Shown one piece after another: positions 1 through 13,200 of a DNA stretch of 64,000 nt; position 1 is the stretch's first letter, and each line of letters opens with the position of its first letter. Origin of the DNA: Takakia lepidozioides (Eukaryota > Plantae > Bryophyta); NCBI GenBank assembly GCA_030704615.1, contig CM060733.1, positions 8,742,001-8,806,000 on the forward strand. Reading direction: 5' to 3'. Made by a program: the position numbers and the translations under genes. The notes below the pieces were generated by a model. It was not told where the DNA came from. It made no database searches and worked only from the letters and a program-made list of their open reading frames with translations.

Positions 1-203
1 GCCCTATCACGTATTTATTGTGAAGGATAGTCCTTCGGACTTTGGTATGAGGAGCCCTTTTCAAGCCATCGCTTATTCAATAATCCCCTGTACTCTCAGT
101 TTCATTTGCAGGGCCGATAACCTTCTTATTCACACCTTCTATTCATACTACGCATGTTCAAGGACCCCGTCTAGAACAGAAAGAGGCAGAGCTGAAGTTA
201 CAG

Positions 204-2220
204 GGCTGATTGCATCCGTTGGCTCATGGGTTGATGCAAACAGATCGAGGATGCCAGTACTGAGAGTGGGGGAGGAGTTGAAATGGGAGAGACTAGCCCT
301 GCGATCAGGAAGCAGCTGTGAATATCAGGTCCAGGGCTTGCAAGCATACCGGTGGTATGAAGTCAAGATCTCTCACCCTGCCTCTGTATGTATCTTTTCT
401 CTGTTTATCCTCTTTGAATTTATGTTTGATCCTTGGAGCCAGAGACATCAGTCTTGTAGGAGTTCCTGCCTACTCTGGGCGGAAGTTTCAGGGTTCAGGG
501 TTTATGAGTGAGTTGAAACTTGGCAAACCACATGGCGCTCTGCCAGTGGGTTCTGCCTTGAATTCCAATTTTAGAGAAGGGAAAAAGTTTATGGAAAGGA
601 ATGTGGGGTTGGGAGAGGGAGAGGGATAGATATTGTGTTATCAGCCTGACAAGTAGGTATTGAAGCAGTTCCGCGAAGACAGATTTTATGCCTGAAATGA
701 AATTACACTGGCAGCCCTGCACAATTATTGAATGCCCAGCTGCATATCACCTCTGCCTTAAGACCTGGCCTTCAGGGTTGATAGTGATCCCTGTTCCGTA
801 TTTGTTCAGCCAACCTTGGCCTCTCTCTCTCTCTCTCTCTCGGCTGAGCCTAAAGCCCTGGCCCTGTCAGGGTCTAATTGCTGGGCAGCTCACACACAGC
901 AGATGATGCTTGTGCGAAGGGCTTTCTTGAGGAAATCTGGAAAGCTGGAACTTATTTATGAGGTTAAGTCCCTCTACTGGAGTGAGCTCCACACAAAGGT
1001 AGTGTCTGTTCCCTCTTGTTCCCCGCAAATTGGGTGCGGGTCTACGGTCACAAATCTACAGCAAACAATGTCTTATGAGTACATTCTCTCTGTTTGATAC
1101 CTTCTTTTGTGTTATGGCAGATACCTGCAAGCTTTGATTTGAGTCTTGCATGGGAGAGCCCAAGGAATCTGCAGGGGTCAAGAAGAAAGCTTCTCAACAC
1201 CGAAAAGTTGATATTTCATGTGAATGAAAGCGTCACCTGGCAGGCAAGTCTGCTTGTGGAGTTTATTTATTTCTCTCTCCCCTCTGAGGTTGTTGTTGAA
1301 AGTTTGCTAAAGTTTTTTCCTGGTAATGGAATGTCTGTGACTGCCACAAAATTATTGTCTCTAAACTTAGTTTCAGCCGTTTGTGTCCGATGGGGTCAAA
1401 TACTTTGAGGCTATGGCCCTTGTGTGGGGCTATTCATTGTGTTCATATGATATATCCTCCCCTTATCTTTCTTTCCATGGAGGAAACGAAGTGGACGACC
1501 TTCGGCCGTCTCTCCAGCGTTAGCGTTGCTGCCTCGCGTGGGTCGGACCCAAAAGAGTCAGGGCATTGTGTTGTTGCTGTACACTCACCATCATCTATGA
1601 CTGACATTGTGGCTGGTCAGCAGGCAAGGATGGGAGCTTTGACTGCAAAAGTGCTGGTAGTGGTACACCCAGCTGGTGTTGTAGCCCAGCAACACACCCC
1701 AGACCAGCCCTTTATCATTTACAACATCAGTACGTCTCATTCCATGCTTGGTGTGTGTGTGCATGCTTGAGAGGTATTGATTAGGCTTGGGTTGAAGTGG
1801 ACATGTCCAGAATATGGTCTGCAATCCCTGCCGCATTCCGGGGTGTGTTGGCATGAACAGACCCTATCCTGACTAGGTGTCATTCAATTTCTCGTGTGAA
1901 AAGTAATGCACTTGTTGAGCAAGTTGGGGTTTCAACTCAAGCTTGAGAATAGCATGGCTCATGAATTGTGGGAGGGAGTGTGAGTGGTTGCTAATATAGG
2001 ACTTCTGTGGAACACATACATAGTGCCATTCATAATCACAGAGATGCTGTGGTTGGGGGATGCAGTGTGCGAGGAGGTGATATTAGGGATTCCTAAGCAG
2101 GCCTGGTGGGTAGGCTTTCTAGCTGCTATAGTCTTGGGTGTCTCCTTCTGGGTTTCGTCCAGGCTGCCAACACTTCTGCTTCCACGCAAGTCAGTACGTA
2201 CTGTGAAGCAAATCTCATAA
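204..2220 (+). CDS. Conserved plant single-pass membrane protein of unknown function, probably 5'-partial. Exons ~204-385, 1121-1243, 1621-1729, 2066-2220
   Basis: Spliced frame LRVGEELKWERLAL..WYEVKISHPAS|IPASFDLSL..RKLLNTEKLIFH..|..VVHPAGVVA..FIIYNI|MCEEVILGIPKQAWWVGFLAAIVLGVSFWV. It resembles a conserved uncharacterised plant family from memory and has a C-terminal TM segment. Intron 2 is GC-AG (CAG|GCAAGT at 1244). Confidence 0.8.
842..1091 (+). mobile_element. 5'-truncated RTE/RTEX-like LINE 3' end in intron 1, between (TC)n tracts
   Basis: Aligns by eye with the reverse complement of 22232-22470 and ends in the family tail ..GTCTTATGAGTACATTCTCTCT. Confidence 0.8.
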
Positions 2221-2395
2221 ATTTCCTGACTGAGGGTTAACACTGGAGGGCTATTCTTTTGAGGGCTGAAGTCCGAAATAGTTGGCCGGGGAAAGGTCCA
2301 GTGTGAATCATGCAACAACACATTTGTGGAGAAAGGTGAGTATGGAGAAAGGTGGAGAGGGTTTGCAAGACAATGCACCCTAGGCTCACAGCCAT

Positions 2396-3600
2396 TCACC
2401 CTACACAGGGAGAGGGGAACTCTGCCCAGTTTGGATGGATCATAGGCAGGGAGGAAGACGTGAGGAGGAGGCCGAAAGGAGAGAAGAATGTAGCAAATGG
2501 AGAGAGTTCACTCCTCAAATATTTGCACAAAGGTGAAGAGTTCTTGCAGCGATTAATGAATGATTCTACCCCTGGGTGAGAAAGCCCTCTAAATGTTAGC
2601 ATTTCTTGTGCTTCAATGTCTTTTAGAATGTCAATGTGGCTAAATGTAGCTGCATTTTGCAAAGGAGAGACCTACGGCATGTACATGCGGATTTCACACT
2701 CATTAAACCTTCCATGCCATGTTTTAACAAATGGTTGTGCAGTGGTCATTTCATAGCATCGGTCCAAAGTCATCGTTACTGAAATGAGCCAGATGTTGCC
2801 AAGCCCCTTAAGGCACCTGGGAGAGCAGCTTGGTATCGCCAAGAAAAATGTGAACAGTTTATTGTTGGAAACCTCCATGCAACTTGCCCAACAAACCCAG
2901 CATTCTTGCATGAATGGATCCCACCAATCACAGGTTTATAAGCAAATCCTCTGCACTATGAATACAAGCTTGAATGGGCCAGTCATATCAAACATTTTGC
3001 AGCTGCAGCTTCGAAGCCTGGTTTGAATCTTGAACTAGACCAGGGTCACATACAGACCTGAAATGCTTGTTGGTACAAATACAAATTGCCACATGTCACA
3101 TGTCCTCCAGCTGCATTTGAAATCCACATAGGTGTATGGTTCCACTTAACTGTGGTCAGTGGTGTACCCATAGTTGGGTTGTATCAGATAGGCATGATGA
3201 ATTTGGTACAGGCATGGTCATGCATGGCATGGGTACAGGACGCATGGCTGGCATGTGACTCCTTCCTACCTACCCACCAGTCATGTGCTCAGCAAAGCTT
3301 TGTCATCCATCTATCCACAATCATCAGAGTTGGAATTACCTTCTCGCAGGTAAGGTACAGGAGGCTGGATGTCATCTCGCAGATTGGTCCTGTGGAGCTT
3401 GTGGGCGATGGCGTACACAGTGTGATGATAGCTGGAGAGGTACCTCAACGGACGAGTCACACATGACAGTTTCTAACAACCCTTCATGCAGCCCACATGC
3501 AGACGTGAATATAAAGTTGCCACCCTCCTGCATACAACAGTAGTCCGCCATCGCCATTCAAACTTCCCCAGGAAACGGGAGTACACATCTCCTGGGCCTT
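2396..3600 (-). pseudogene. Possible two-exon decayed gene of unknown family
   Basis: ORFs 2396-2662 and 2672-2911 are in the same frame, separated by a TAG. The frame extends to a TTTCAG acceptor at ~3057. An upstream exon-like segment ends GAAG|GTAATT at ~3340. There are several in-frame TAG/TAA codons and no family was recognised. Confidence 0.25.
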
Positions 3601-3853
3601 GTGTGAGACTCTCAGGATAACTTGGAGTTGGAATCTAGGTGGAATTTCCTGCTAGTCTGTGCTGTGATAGACTATTTCTGATGCTTGACCTTGACGAATA
3701 CGGGCTGGGTCAGTGCATATGAGATTACTTGACTAGGGGAGATTTGGAAGCTGATCAAGGAAAAGCTGTAGTTCAAACTGTGTTTGGATTGTGTACTTGC
3801 CATTACTAACAATTGAAGTCCTATTCAACTGTAGGAAACTTCAAGGCCGCAGA

Positions 3854-5676
3854 ATGGGCGTTTCCAAGTCTGGTTTGGTGCTGATGCTACTCGTGGTAAT
3901 TGACGTCACTCTAGATTGCCTTATGATTTAATACAGTTCATGGCATAGACACGACCAGCTCTAGATTGACAGCTAAATCTGAGTTCCACATGTCGAAACT
4001 TGAAGGTCTAACCAGCTAGCACCAACATCACTGTAGGAAATGAGTCCTAGTGATTTGTGCAGGGCTGTCACGATGATATATCAAAACAGCTTCTGTCCTG
4101 AAGTGAGCTGAAGAGACGATTGATCTGGTAATATATGTATGAGTCGGCTAAAATGAAAGATACCAAGGCGGTCGACACGTTACCCGACAATCGAATGTGT
4201 ATATTATAACTGATCAACACATGCGAAACCGGTTATCGGAGGAAGGAGAAATTGCTGACAGATACGTTGAGCAGTTGACATGGGTCTGATGCTAACCTGG
4301 CGCGAACTGTTTATGCAGGCTGTGGAGGTCTACGCAGTCGATGCTGCCCGCACAATCACAGGGACGAAGTCACAGCAGGGGCATTCAAAGAACGAACTTC
4401 CTTCCACACTGCTTGAATATCTGTCCCCACTGGAGACTACTGCCACTACCGCCTTCGGCAAGCTCATAGAAGATGGATCCATGCCCTTACACATCGCAGA
4501 GTTCTGTGCAGCTGCAAAGCTCACCTGTGATGCTAACTTGCCAATTCTGGATCCCACGCTGGAGATCACTTCCGATGGAATTCTGAATCTGTTTGAGAAT
4601 CACGACCTTGTCAAATCGTCCGAGGCCTGGGCCTTCGGAGAGAAGGCACTTGTAATCCCAGACTCTGACAAGACTCTGCCCTCCCCAACCCAAGACACCT
4701 ACCCAACCATATCTTTCTTGCCCCGCTCTATTGCACACTTGTTGCCTTTCGCCAGGTGAGCTTTTCCATCAATTTTCTGTATTTACAGTAGTGACATTGA
4801 CTGCAGTGATAGACACGATTCTTCCCCTCTAGATTCGTGAAATTTGAAAGAAGATGGCCTGTGAATGTCAGATTTTAGTCTGATGATCAATTGCATGTAC
4901 AGTTGTAGTTGATTCTTACACAAGCGTTATAATTATGTATGAGTTGTCTGTAGTGAGAAGATGCCGCAGCTTCTGGAAACATTCAATATCCCATACAACT
5001 CAAACATGGGGATTATGATGGTCCGCACCTTGGCCATGTGCGAGGCTCCATTGAGCAAGGAGGGCCGCACTTGTGTGACATCCGTGGAAGATATGGTAGA
5101 CTTTGTCAATGGCCGCCTCCATGGCAGCTCCAAGATTACACCTCTAGAACGCTCATCTATGACAGGTATGCACTTCATGAGTTAACACAGTTGACATCCA
5201 ATGCTCTCACAACAGTCTGCAATCTGAACATACTTGAACCATAGCATTTACCGTACATGTCCACAACGCGGGCTCCAAGAACCTGCACTTGAGTTTCTGT
5301 CATGGTATACTGATTGATCATGCTGAGTCCTATAAGATGCAGATAATGTTTAAACACTCCTTGTGGGTCACTTGCAGGACCTCAGCAGAGTTTGAAGGTG
5401 TTGGATTCCAAAGTTTACGACAGCGCCGTCATGTGTCACAAGACGATGTTTCCATATGCTGTGTATATGTGCCATGATATCAGCCAGAGCAACATGAAAA
5501 TCTACAGTGCATCCCTGGAGGCCCATGATGGCAAGATCATGCAAGGAGTGGCGGCGTGCCAGAGTAGCACACAGGGGTGGAAGCCACTGGAGACGACATC
5601 CACATCACTTGAGAGTAAGGCAGGGGAAACCTGTCACTGGATATCTGACACCTTTGTATGGGTACCTCAAGCTTAG
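3854..5676 (+). CDS. BURP-domain protein with PG1beta-like N-terminus, secreted. Exons 3854-3895, 4319-4755, 4954-5165, 5378-5676
   Basis: Signal peptide MGVSKSGLVLMLLV|AVEVYA. LSPLETT..FGKL..HIAEFCAAAKLTC resembles the PG1beta N-terminus. BURP motifs SFLPRSIA, TCVTSVEDMVDF, CH-x10-CH-x27-CQ-x23-CH-x7-W. All introns GT-AG and phase-compatible. Confidence 0.92.
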
Positions 5677-7283
5677 AATTGATCACTCCAAGGAGTGGCA
5701 CCAAGCACACACCTGCTACTCTATATGAGGTGTGTGCTTCGTGCAAGATCCAAGATATGGTCCAAGGCCTTTTGGCAACAAACTACTTACCCTACGTTGA
5801 TTGCATAGTGATCACTGCTTTTGTTCGGTGCAACGGTAAGTGGAAGCTACCAGCACTGTGGGTGTCTTAGTTCAAGTCAAGCTTGATCGAGACCAATAAT
5901 CTACAAATAATTTTCCATCACTCAGCCAGATTTGACATGTAAAGACTAAAGACTCTAGAACCCCAAGTGCACATATGATCTGAGGAAACTGTGGAGCAGG
6001 AATACCCACACTTCCAAATCAGGCCTGCAAGTTATCACAGCTGTTGGTATTAGGCTGAATGTGAGTAGTGGGATTCGTGCTACATTGTACCTTGTATAAT
6101 GCTGACAATAAAGATTGCTTACGGATATTAACATGCATTAAACATGTTTGTACATCTCTCTCTGAAGAGATCCGAGCGAGCACTTGTTACCTTCAGTTTA
6201 CTTCATCCCTAAACCCCTGCATGGAAGGACTGACAGAAGGGAAGTAATTCCAGTACCTTAGGGCCAGCACATCTTTTCGTTTTCTCTTTCTGTTGGTGTG
6301 AAGCAATTCTTATGACACTCAAGGTGCAACTAACATTTCGAGCCCTTCAACGCTGGCCTGCAAATTGTGTCATCACCATTTGAAACTCCATAGTAAGAGA
6401 TTAGTGCCTGTTACACCGAAGTCCTTCACAAAAACTGCTGCATAGGATTCTGATTCTAGGCGAATCTATTATGAGCACAAACGAGGAAGAGGCCAGGGAT
6501 CTAGGTACAGCTTCAATGCTCTGTAAGGCTGCAGTATCCCCATGATGGGTTTGGAAATCCCCTCATCCGTGATACACATAGGTATGAAGGTGAAGCACTC
6601 TCACTTTGTAGCATCATTATTTTCAAAGATTTATGAGGGTCCTTGACCAAATCCATGTTGGAGGTTACCTATACCTTCAAATCATGCGGAGATCCCAGCA
6701 CAACATGTGAATCTACATGCATGAAGGGCATGGACGCTCCCATGCCCAGAGTAAGGATGCATAATATAAGTACAAACAATAGATTTCCCGGAATGGGCAT
6801 ACAGAATGGCTCAATTAGCTTCAAAACATGTCCATCAAGTAATAGAACCTGGAGATTGTCTGATGTGTCCATGTGCGTATGTTTCCAAGTAAGCTTCCAA
6901 GAAACTGCTTTTGTTTTTTTGACACAGCCCTTCCCTTGCCCAAGTTGTTCATGTGAAATGAGGAGAACTGAGGTTTGAGCAATGCAGTCTGAAAACACAT
7001 TTTTTCAGTCACGTGCTGAGCTGATATTGTGTTTACATGAATGCACTACAAGATTTACAGACGAGTAATCCACTGGAGAGACTGTTCTGACTTCCAATCT
7101 ACAACTGAAAAGCCCTCTGCTTCTCATGAATTATTCATGATTTGTCACAATGTACTACCCCGCTGTACTACATCAACATCGTCCTGTTAAAAATTTGGCA
7201 GTATGGGTGGAACACTCACCCACCCAAAAAAAACACCTGAGTGGATTATTAAGTATAGAGGCACGGTTGTCTGGAGCAGAATG

Positions 7284-10200
7284 TTACAGTTTGGATATAA
7301 GAGACAGCTTGGACTGCAACTCCTCAGCAACAGCGTCAATAAACTCCTCAGTGTTCAAATAATCTTTCCTTGAGACCCTGCATACCAATATGCGATAGCA
7401 TGAGACGTGTACTCAATAGAGCTCTCCTGTAAATGTGTGCTACTGTGCAGCTTTGAAAGAAAATTATACCCCTACTTGAACAAGTGTGGGGTTTCACTCA
7501 CCTTCCCTGCCAGCATTGGCTATGACCCCGGCAGGATACAAAACCTTACCAGAGCGAGTTGTGGACATTCAAACCAACACAGTATATGAGACTAAAGCTC
7601 AATTGCTGTTTGGGAACATGTGAGCACAAAGCAGTTGTGAGGAATTTAGTGTTCATGACGTCAGTATGAGGTTGCCTCAGCAGCACTACGAAATGTAACT
7701 GTCTAACAAATGTGGGACATGGCACAGCTTGCACTGCCAGTGACACTCCTGTGAAAAACACGAAGGTCATGAGAGACGGGAGAGAGAATGCACTCAGAAG
7801 ACGTTGCTGTAGCCTTGTGGCCATAGACCCCCTGCCCAGTTTGGGCGGAACTTTTTTTGGGTGCAGCACCGAGATTTCCCGGGAGGGCACCCATCCCAGT
7901 ACTATTCAGGCACAAAGGTACTTAAATTCAGAGTTCTGACGGGATCTGGTGTAGTAGCCTTGGTGACAGCACCACAGGAGAGAGAGAGAGGGAGAAAGGG
8001 TGAGGGGCATGAATTGCAGGGATTGAACAGTTAAGTACTCATCTGCACCTACATTACATGTAAGACCATAAGCAAGTATAACGCTCGTACTACTACAGAG
8101 TTGAAACCATACTTGGAGCCATGGATCAAGAGAGCAAGGTCCTTGGTCATCTTGCCAGCTTCTACAACACCCACGCAAGCTGCCTCCAATTTCTGTGCAA
8201 AATCTTGAAGCCTGGCATTGTGATCAAGAAGTCCTCTGCCACCAGGAGCACCCAAGCAAGATCAGAGGTACAAAAATTAAATTTCCTAATACTTTCTTAG
8301 CAATGTCGGAAGGTGCAACAGTTGAAGTAGCATGAATTCAAACTTGCCCTGTGGAGGGTACAAATGAAAATGCTTCTGGAACAAATTTGTCACTGCTCTT
8401 CCACCCCTCTAACAACTAGGTTAATTGGATTCAACCAGGGTCCTTGAGCAGGTAGAAAACAGACAACTCTGTGAAGAGCACAACAACAACAAAGAAAATG
8501 GGCTGCCAGGCATGATGACAAGAGTCACATTCATACATTAGTTTTGGTGCTGTCGAATTCCTTCGGATCATGGATTGTTGTCTTTCATGGCGTTGAACTT
8601 TGGATGATTTTATGTAAAGGGTTCAATCCACAGGTCCACCTCAACCCAACAATTTTTAAAATGCTAACTTTCATTTGGTCAACAAAATTAATATTGGGTG
8701 CTCTGTTGGTCACTGTTTCATTAGGAAACAACACCTAATGGTGAAAATTAACATACTACTTCATAATTCTTAAATATAGCTGTGTAGCACAAATTTCTGA
8801 TGGAATGAGATGACAGAAGAAGCTGAAGGAAAGATACCTATGGGCAAGGCCACGAGTCCAGGCAAAAATCGATGCAATACTGTTCGTGCTGGTTTCACCA
8901 CCCTTTTCGTGCACCCGGAAGTGGCGGGTCACTGTCCCATGGGCAGCTTCAGCTTCTATTGTCTTGCCGTCCGGGCAGATCTGCCAAGAAAAGAGAAGCT
9001 TCAAATCATATGGATGCACAAATGGATGATTGCAAGAAACTGAATCTGTCACCTTACTTGTTCGCAAAGCCTGGAGGTTGAAGGATTACAGAAGGTTACT
9101 TGCAGCAACATAACACATGACAAACGGCTGGAGATCAGGAGAATGGGGGTCTCACCAACACGGATGTCATCAAGCCAAGTGATCCAAAGCCTGCACAGCA
9201 AGTTAAGACTTTAGTGACTGCCAACAACTTAACCAACAGGACCAACCCCACAGCTGGATGTGACACAATCATTCCATAAAATCCTCAGGTTGTAGAATTC
9301 CTGATGGGACAAGAATACACCCGACCTTCACTTCCATTAACAACAGTTGTTGGTAAACAGTTGCCTAGACCTGGCCACTGTGCCTCCTTGGTGGGGAGGC
9401 ACACCTGGAGTACAGGCCAGCTGATCCCCACACGGTAGGTCAAACAAGGGTCTCATTATTATTTCATTATTAATGCATTGTTGCACAAGGGTTTATGTGA
9501 CAAGACAGGAGTAAGGTATGTCTACTTTGGGGTGGAGAAATCAACCATGGTCATTGTCTCTTGGGAGTATGAGAACGGGTTACGAACAAACCGAAATTTG
9601 TAAAACCAGTAAGGTACACAACACATTTAAAATGTATAACACTCTATAGCTGAAGCCACGAACCTTGAGCAAGCATGTCACTCTGAACATCACCATCGTA
9701 GTTCTTACAAGCCCACACATAAGCTCCATCGCTTTTTAGTGCATAAGCTACCATGTCATCAATCAATCGGTGTTCATACCTGCCATCCATGTCCATTCCA
9801 GAGGTTCCCCCTGTCAAGCTTCCTGTGAAATGCTGTGTACACTAGAGACAACTCTAAAAATGAAAGGCGGGGAATTGGAACTGCCAACCTGGCCTTATCA
9901 GCCACCAGAATGGTTCTCAAGAAATGAGAGTTTCAAAGTTGGTGAACAGAGGTGCAGGGACTATTGTATTGATGTCCTGAAAAGGGTCGCTCTGTGATGA
10001 GAATACCCGGATATTGCATCAGAAAATGGATATTGTCTTCAGGCACATCTGGCATTGGCAATCTCCCTTTCTCCCCGCCCCGACTTTAAATTTCAGTCTA
10101 GTGCCAAGGGTACGTAGGCCCTTCACGTGATCCTCCCCCATGTCACAGACTGAAAACAAGTTCAGGGATATTTTATGCCAGAGAGAGCGAAAAGAAAGAG

Positions 10201-13200
10201 AGAGAAAGGAAAGAAGAAGAGATGAGTTCTGGGCTATGTCCCCCTTGCCACACAAAGGAAAAAGAGGGGGATGTTTAGATTGTTGTCCTTTGACCCCTCT
10301 ACCTTAAGACAGAAAACTTTCAAATAGTTTACCAGATTCCAGCTTCCTCAAATTTAGCTTTCCATCCTTGCTGGTCATAAACCTCTTGAAAGATGTCCTT
10401 GAACCTGTCACATCAACCATTCAGTGTGCCCTATTGATATTCATGAAGACCTAAAACATAGAGGTCTTTCCAAGCTTTTGACCGCTATAATCAGCTGAAG
10501 ATGCGACACTAGAGTGTGCCCACCATGCCTCTTTAATCACTTCCTATTGATCTCAACTTAAGATAGCTGTAGAAACCAACAGTAAAACTGGGTGGCGTTC
10601 TCCCCCTCTGAAACCTAATAACATTTGTAGGACGCCAGGTGGTAGCAGCCACAAAACTGTACCTAAGGGTTCAGATAGTACTCATGCATTAGAAATGCTT
10701 ATGGAAAACATTGAAGAACTCATAATACGTATATAAGTAAAAGTCCATTTCTGGCAGTGGCTTGTTAGTACCTTCCATCATATTTCTTCAATATGGTGTT
10801 CTTTGTGCTCAAGTACAAGGGCCACTTCTTCTGGTATGCCATGTTCATTGATGCTTCAGCGAATCCTCGGATAGACTGCATTAGGTTATCATTCTCATAG
10901 TCAGTAAAGTGGCCCTCCCCCACACCTTCTGAATCCTTAACATGAAATCCTGGTTGGAAAAATGCAACCCTTACAATACCATATACCTACAGAGAGCCTG
11001 CACACCCTGATGGTACATGCCAAGGGAGACATCATAGATGTTAACTTCCATGGATTCCTCAAGCCTACTGAAGATGGTAATAACAGCAAGTCCTAATATG
11101 GCACAATAATCAGCCTAGACTGGAAATGCATGTACTCACCATTGCATTACCAAATGGACTTTAGCCAAAACGTTAGCTGACAAACCTCTGAGATATCTGA
11201 TAAGAACAGGCAATGAGAATTTTGATCACAAACCTCATCGGTGTTGTACATGGTGAGAGCAACTCCTCCAGCACCGTCAAAGTTATATACTTCCAGATCT
11301 TGTGGCTCTCCACCTTTCTCTGGGACTGCATTCATATAAAGGAAAATTTCCAATTGCTCAACAGTGCTTTGACACAAGGACAATGTGCAACAAGCAGTCA
11401 CTCTGACTTCCACTGAAATTTTCTGAAACCCTAAGACAGTTCGTTAAGGCAAGAGTCTATGGCCAGCTCCATTAGTCCTCTCTCCTATTCATTTCCTTCA
11501 TATGCTGAGAAATGCTGCCAGAGGAAACATACCAAACACCATCCTCAGCTTGCCAGGCCCCTTAATGATTGCATCTGTTGCCTTGTACTGGTCCCCAAAA
11601 GCATGCCTACCGATGCAGATGGGCTTTGTCCAGCCTGCCACACACACCCACACTCTGAACACTCACTCTAGCTGAAAAACCCAATTTGGCCACCATAATG
11701 CCAGTAAATGTTGACATCAGTCACTATGTCCATGGGTATTCACTATTTCTTATTGTACTTTGTCCCTCCCTTCATCCAAACATCCTTGTGCTTTTACATA
11801 CTTGGCAACACTATGCCTGTCAAGCAGAATATTTAGAGGCTGCTTTCTTCTCCACGTGCTACAGTTAATCATAAGTACATTCCTCTAGCTGTACCAGTAC
11901 AGCTCGTAACCAGAGAGAAGCCTTCACAAGTTCAGGAAAAACCCAACTTTTAAAATGTAACAAAGAACAAATGTTTATATCATAAAAATGAACAGGTGGG
12001 TAGCATGATAAACATATTCAAAAATCTGTCTTCCAGTGAGAATCACAGCTAGGAAGTAGGACATACCTGGGACAAGCCGTGGAACATTCTTGCACAAAAT
12101 GGGCTCACGAAAGACAGTGCCTGACAATATTCACCATGTTGTTATCAAATTGCCACTCTTTAAGAAACTCAACCCTTTTCTTAGGGTGCACTTGAACCAT
12201 ACAAGAGCGGACCCCAAATTTACTGAGGCAGATTTGAACCCTACCATTGAGAATGTTCCTGATGGTTCCATTCGGACTTCTCCACATCTGCTTCAACCCA
12301 AACTCCTTGACACGAGTTTCATCTGCACCCCACCAGTGAACACCAACCGCAGTTACTCAAGTTGACAACACATGAAATAGATAGACCACAACTTGACTTC
12401 CATACAGCTGCCTGATTGCAAATGCATGGGAATGGAATGTTAACTTCTATTTGGTGAATGTGCAAAAGCTCTGTGTTGAACACAACAAAACAACAGCATT
12501 AGGATAGCAACAAACCAGGAGTGATAGTAGCACACTTCACTGCTACGTTGTACCTGTTTCAGTAATAACCAGCGCTTCCATCAATAAAGCTCTGGGAAAC
12601 TCCAACTTAAAACATAACTCTACCCTCTCTGAAAATGTAAAGCCAAACTCATAAAATTACTTTGGCTAGATTGCCAGACTCTGCCTTTACTAAGGAGAGA
12701 AAATAGCTGCCAAATTAGCAATATCTCACATCTGAACAATCTCCAGCACAGGAGACTCAGATATCCCCAGATCATTGAGCTTGGTTGGCACTCCGACAAG
12801 GACAGAAGGCAAGAAGGAGGAAAGAGGTTTCATAACATCCACAAACCCCCAAGCCCCAGTAGACCTTGAAGAGAGTTATTTGACCAAATCAAAGAGAGGG
12901 GAGACAGAGAAATAGGAAAAAGTCACATGGATAGAGACATAGACATAGACATAGCTGATTCCATAATAATTCTACTTATTATCTTGAGATAATGGTTTTA
13001 CGTACTGGAGGGTGGCTAGAGCACTTTCCACAGTGACTTTGTCATCAGTGGCATCGCGATTAAGAATTCCCAAATCATAGTACTTGAGATCCACCTCCAG
13101 GAATGGAAAAATGAGCTGCACATCCATTACGCCAGAGACAGAAAAGGTTTACATTCTCTCCAAAATTTAGTGTGCTTGCCAGTACAACATGCATACACGA

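Noticed and set aside
2396-3480. In-frame TAG/TAA codons as U-to-C editing or readthrough sites
   Set aside because: U-to-C editing is organellar. The neighbouring nuclear genes use TAG/TAA as normal stops, so decay is the simpler explanation.
6400-7010. 109-aa and 111-aa ORFs between BURP and IDH
   Set aside because: No family similarity or consistent exon structure; probably UTR or intergenic sequence.
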